A stretch of 64,000 bases of DNA from Phyllobacteriaceae bacterium (GTDB taxonomy: Bacteria > Pseudomonadota > Alphaproteobacteria > Rhizobiales > Rhizobiaceae), in assembly GCA_016711085.1 (NCBI GenBank), contig JADJTR010000005.1:230727-294726 (forward strand), written 5' to 3'. Below the pieces are notes generated by a model, which had not been told where the DNA came from, did not search any database, and saw only the letters and a program-made list of their open reading frames with translations. Position numbers and translations under genes: made by a program. Below, piece after piece: positions 60,061-64,000 of this stretch. Numbering within the stretch: position 1 is the first letter of the stretch; each line of letters starts with the position of its first letter.

Positions 60061-60118
60061 GAAAAGCTCTCCGACGCGCTGCGACCATGCCACGCGCCGG
60101 AAGCCGGCGCAAACCGGG

Positions 60119-63100
60119 TCAGAACTTGCCGACGAGATTGAAGAACACGCCTTGGTCGTCGAGCGTCAGGTCGCGCAGATCGTCGGAGAAGCGGCCGAAA
60201 TTGTAGCCGAGCCCGACCTTGAAATTGTCGCCGACGTGGCGATAGACGGCGGCGAGCGCCCCGTAGTCGACCGTGCCCGAAACCGGCGACCACAAGGCGC
60301 GGCCCTCCAGCGTTGCGTCCCAAACCTTCACGATGTGGAAATCGGCGCGTAAAATACCGAGATGCACGTCCGAGCGGGTCCATGTCGTGGAGGCTCGCGC
60401 GCGCTGGTCGCCGATGCGGAAGCCGTATTTGGCTCCGACCGACAGCCACGGCGTCACATCGTAGATCATGTCAGCCGACAGGATATGGCTGCGTTGCGCC
60501 GGCCCGTTGAGTTCGCCATTGGCGTTGACCTGTTCGGCGCCCGGCAAATCGTGCAGGAAAGTGTATTTGAACAGCGCGTTGAAACGATCATGCGCGACGG
60601 GGCGGTAGGCGTAGCCGATCGACGCCTCGATGTAAGTGCCATCGAGCATCGACGTGGTCAGCCTGTCGGAAATGGCGGCTTCGGCGCTGGCGATCAGCCG
60701 CCAGTCGCTTGATTGCTGCCAGGTCATTTGTCCGGCGACGAGGTAGGCGTTGAGATCGCGCGTATGATCGTCCGAGCGCTCCATGCGGAATTCGCCGCGC
60801 AGGCGCGCCGTCAATTTGCGTTCCTCGTCATTGTAGCCGATCGACGCGGAGAACGCCTTGCGGTCGAAGTCGGAGCGCTCAAGCCCGGTGACCGGATCGC
60901 GCGAATTGTCGACAATCCGGCCGATTTCGATATTGCCGTCAACCGACCACAGCGCGCTCGGCGTATAGACGACGCCGTAAGCCTGGGTCAGCGAACGCTT
61001 GTTGGAGAAAATGTCGAACTGGTTTTCGACAAACATCGACAGCGTGTCGCCAAACTTGCGCCGAGCGCCAGCGACGATGACGCCATTGTCGCGACCGATC
61101 CCGGAGAAATCCGCCGCCGGATCGTAAATGCGGTCGGGATCGAGCCGGTAGCCGAGATAATAGCGGTCGTCGGCGTTCGGTTCGTAGGTGAGCGCCGCCA
61201 ACGCGCCGACGCCAGTTGTGCCGTAAGATACCTCCCCCGTCGCCCCGATCTTTTCGGTGAGCTTGACATCGGCGCCGACGCCGAAACGGTCGTTGCGGCG
61301 GATGTCGCCCGACCGGGCGACCGTCGCCTGCCCGAAGGCGTAGTAAAGGTGATCGTCGTCCTGGCGGTATTCGACGCGTGCGCCGATGTCGGTGCGCCGT
61401 CCGTTGTATCCCGGCTTGGTCGCCAAAGGATCGGCCAGCCGGGTGTGGTCGAGGCCGAGAATGACGGCCCAATGCTCGCCGTACTCGAAGGAGACGCTGG
61501 CCTCGCCCGATTGCTTGATCTTGCCGTCGGCGTCGGAATAATCGTCATAGCTCAGCGCCAGCTTGACGTTCTCGGAGATCATCGCATCGACATTGGCGCC
61601 CCAGATGCGCGCATCAACGGTGACGTTTTCGGCGAGCGTCGAAAAGCCTTTCTTGCGCTCGGTGTAGTAGGCGCCGATGGAGCCTTGGACTTTTCCGTTG
61701 GTGATGTCTTCGAGGCCGACCTGGCCGCGCACCCGCCAGACATCGGCGGTCACGCCGACGACGCCGGAACTTCCGGTCGGTGTCGTCGAAATGCCCCCGT
61801 CGGCGGGAAAATTCGAACCGAACCCGGGCCGCTCGAGCGCGCCCATTCCGCTTCGACATAGGTTTTGTCGGTATGACGGATCTGAACATCCACGCCATAG
61901 GCGGTCTGGTTTGCCGCTCCCGTGGTCTCGCTCATGCCGGTTGCGCCGACGCGAACATGGTCGCCCAGCCAGCCCTGGACACGCCCGCCGAACACATAGC
62001 CATCCACATCGCCGGCAGCCGGCGTGTATTCATATTGCACGATGAGGTTGACCTGATGGCCGCCAAGCGAGCCGTCGACCACCGGCTCGGAACCGCCGGT
62101 GACCGAGGACAGCGGCCGTTTCAGCAACACCACGCCCTGGATGCTGTCGATCTCGTAGTCGACGCCCAGCGCCATCTGCCGCCGCTCGACCACAAGCCCG
62201 GTGATCGGATCGATGATCTCGACGCTGATGCGCGCCGAACCCTGCGTGATGTCCTGATGCTTGAGGAAATATACCGATCCGCCGGTTCCGCGGAAGATGT
62301 CGCGTTGGGGCAATGTGCCGGGCTGCGCGGCGTAGGCGCGCGCCTCGATGCGGCGTTCTCCAAAGGGCGTCGTCGCCTGCGATTTGTAGACCGCTTCGGC
62401 TCCGTAGAGCGCGCGTTCCTGGCGCATGAATTCGGTGCCGGTAATCGAGGTGTTGTAGTTGCCCCACATCACGTGGCTGTCGCCGCGTTCGAGCCGGACA
62501 TAGAACTTGCCGCGCGTCGGCGCATCCTCGACGGACGAGGAATCGTCACCATAGACCGCGTAATAATCGTCCGGATCGAGACGGCGCAGCAGGCTTTTGG
62601 AATCCTTGCCGTCAAACCCGCGGAACAGTGTCGCCAGATCGCCCTCGCCCGTGTCGGCGGCGGCTTTCAATAGGTATTTTCCCTTGATCTTGCCCTTCAG
62701 GTAGAAGGCGAAGCGACCTTTCTTGTAAAGCCCGGGAAATTCGCCGGGACGCACCGCCTCGAATCCGGCCGATCCCCAGCGTTGGCCGATCGTCACGTCG
62801 GCAAGCGCCACATAGAACCAGTCGTTTTCCGGGATGTTGATTTGCCGCGTGAATTCGATGCCGCCGCTTTTGCCCCCGGTCAGCGCGACATGCACTTCCT
62901 GGTCGCCGGCCGGGAGAATTTTCTGGATGACGAAGGACTGATCGGCGTCGACGGGAACAGTCTCGCCGAGCACTTCGACATTGTAGCCGGGCGGCACATT
63001 GCGACCGAAAACCGTCACGGCCCCGCCGGCGAGTGCGATGTTGCGCTTCGCCGTGTAATCCTCGCCGTATCCCGGCGCTGGCGCCTTGTCTTTTTCCGAA

Positions 63101-63755
63101 GGCTCTCGGTCGGTACGCGACAGCCCGCGAGCATGGGTTTCGTCGAAGCGGCCCTTCGAATCGTAGACCCGCAGGACATAGAGATATTTGCCGTCACCGT
63201 CCTCCGGCATCGTCCATTCGGCTTCGCCGTTGGCCGGCGCCTCGATCACGGCGACAGGGCGTTGGTCGGATTTCTTGTCCGCCGGAATGACGCGGATCTC
63301 GGCGTGGTCCACCCAGGCCGCATAGTTGGACGACGCGCGAAAAGTGATCGTCTCGCCGGCCTTGTAGGCGCTTCGCACCGGGTTGGTGGCGACGTTGAGG
63401 AACGGTTTCAGCTCCAGACCGTCGAACTTGACCTGGACATCGACCGAATCGGCCCCTTGTCGGCGATACGGTCCGCGTCTGCCGGCGCGTTGGTGCCGGC
63501 GACATGCTCGCCGTCGACGCTGATCGAGAACATTGCGCCTTCGGCCGAGCCGCGGCTGACTTCGGTGTTCGGCTGCGTCGCCACTCGTCCGGTTGCCGAC
63601 ACATTGGCGACCTTGCCGCCCTTCGCCGTCTCGCAATCTTCCGCCGGGCAATTGCTTGCCGCTTGCACCGGCCCGGCAAACGCCATGAGGCACGCCGAGG
63701 CAAGCGCCTTTGCACGGATGCGTTGCAGGATGAGATGACGGTACGCTACAGCCAC
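60119..63755 (-). pseudogene. very large (~1210 codons) secreted/outer-membrane protein with a C-terminal beta-barrel; at least two frame breaks
   Basis: Signal peptide MAVAYRHLILQRIRAKALASACLMAFAGPVQA is in ORF 63408..63755, the middle in ORF 61750..63693, and the barrel half in ORF 60119..61846, ending ...GVFFNLVGKF (terminal Phe). One slip is in a C/G run at 63453-63456 and another near 61840-61870. Confidence 0.65.
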
Positions 63756-63846
63756 GACGGCGAATTCCCTTCGGTTAATAAACCGCTGCTCCGTCCGACC
63801 TTCTGGCCGGCATGGTTAACTCAGGGTTAACAAAACGCAGGGAACG

Positions 63847-64000
63847 CTACTTGCGGACGACTATTTCCGTTTCGATTTCAAGCCGATAGCGGCCGGACAC
63901 ATCGCGCCAGCGCTCGCGCACCAGCTTGACAATGGCTGCTATCCGCTTCTCCGCGACGGGCTTTTCATCCGCCTCGGCCCGATAGGCGATACGCAGTTTG
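63847..64000 (-). CDS. hypothetical protein, C-terminal fragment (gene starts beyond window end)
   Basis: The reverse strand is open from the window edge to TAG at 63849..63847: ...KLRIAYRAEADEKPVAEKRIAAIVKLVRERWRDVSGRYRLEIETEIVVRK. No family recognised. Confidence 0.3.
   Translation of the reverse strand, partial: KLRIAYRAEADEKPVAEKRIAAIVKLVRERWRDVSGRYRLEIETEIVVRK

Overview
High-GC (about two-thirds G+C by eye) chromosomal segment that looks alphaproteobacterial (Hyphomicrobiales-like). That placement is inferred from gene content and REP-like hairpins, not from any search. All functional calls come from motifs I recognise in the supplied translations; no BLAST, HMM or structure search was possible.

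Most of the window is tightly packed core metabolism and transport:
- a dimethylglycine/sarcosine-dehydrogenase-family gene
- ugpBAEC
- a P-type ATPase
- malQ and tRNA-Lys(CUU)
- a MacAB-like efflux operon
- ilvC, an MMPL transporter, kup, pdxJ
- ilvIH with a candidate leader-peptide attenuator
- dppABCDF, fadD, pgi, a non-Pyl MttB-family methyltransferase
- a roughly 1200-codon outer-membrane protein

The clearest accessory region is 40.7-46.3 kb, between the ilvIH leader and the 3' end of dppF. It holds:
- a BrnT/BrnA toxin-antitoxin pair
- a roughly 735-codon TIR-domain protein whose flanking domains I cannot assign, and which carries a codon-homogeneous Ala/Tyr/Arg triplet-repeat tract
- two degenerate IS110-family copies arranged tail-to-tail as a roughly 2.3 kb palindrome that appears to sit inside a REP-like hairpin

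The TIR protein is my best candidate for an undescribed defence-type module.

Other oddities:
- a 259-codon orphan gene translationally embedded between dppC and dppD
- a roughly 0.7 kb low-GC islet with an RHH gene and an orphan ORF
- an unannotated VapB-like mini-ORF without a toxin
- an AKP-rich tail on FadD

Caveat: at least ten otherwise intact genes, pgi among them, carry single-nucleotide frame breaks. Assembly indel error is a serious alternative to pseudogenisation, and it affects how the TIR gene should be read.
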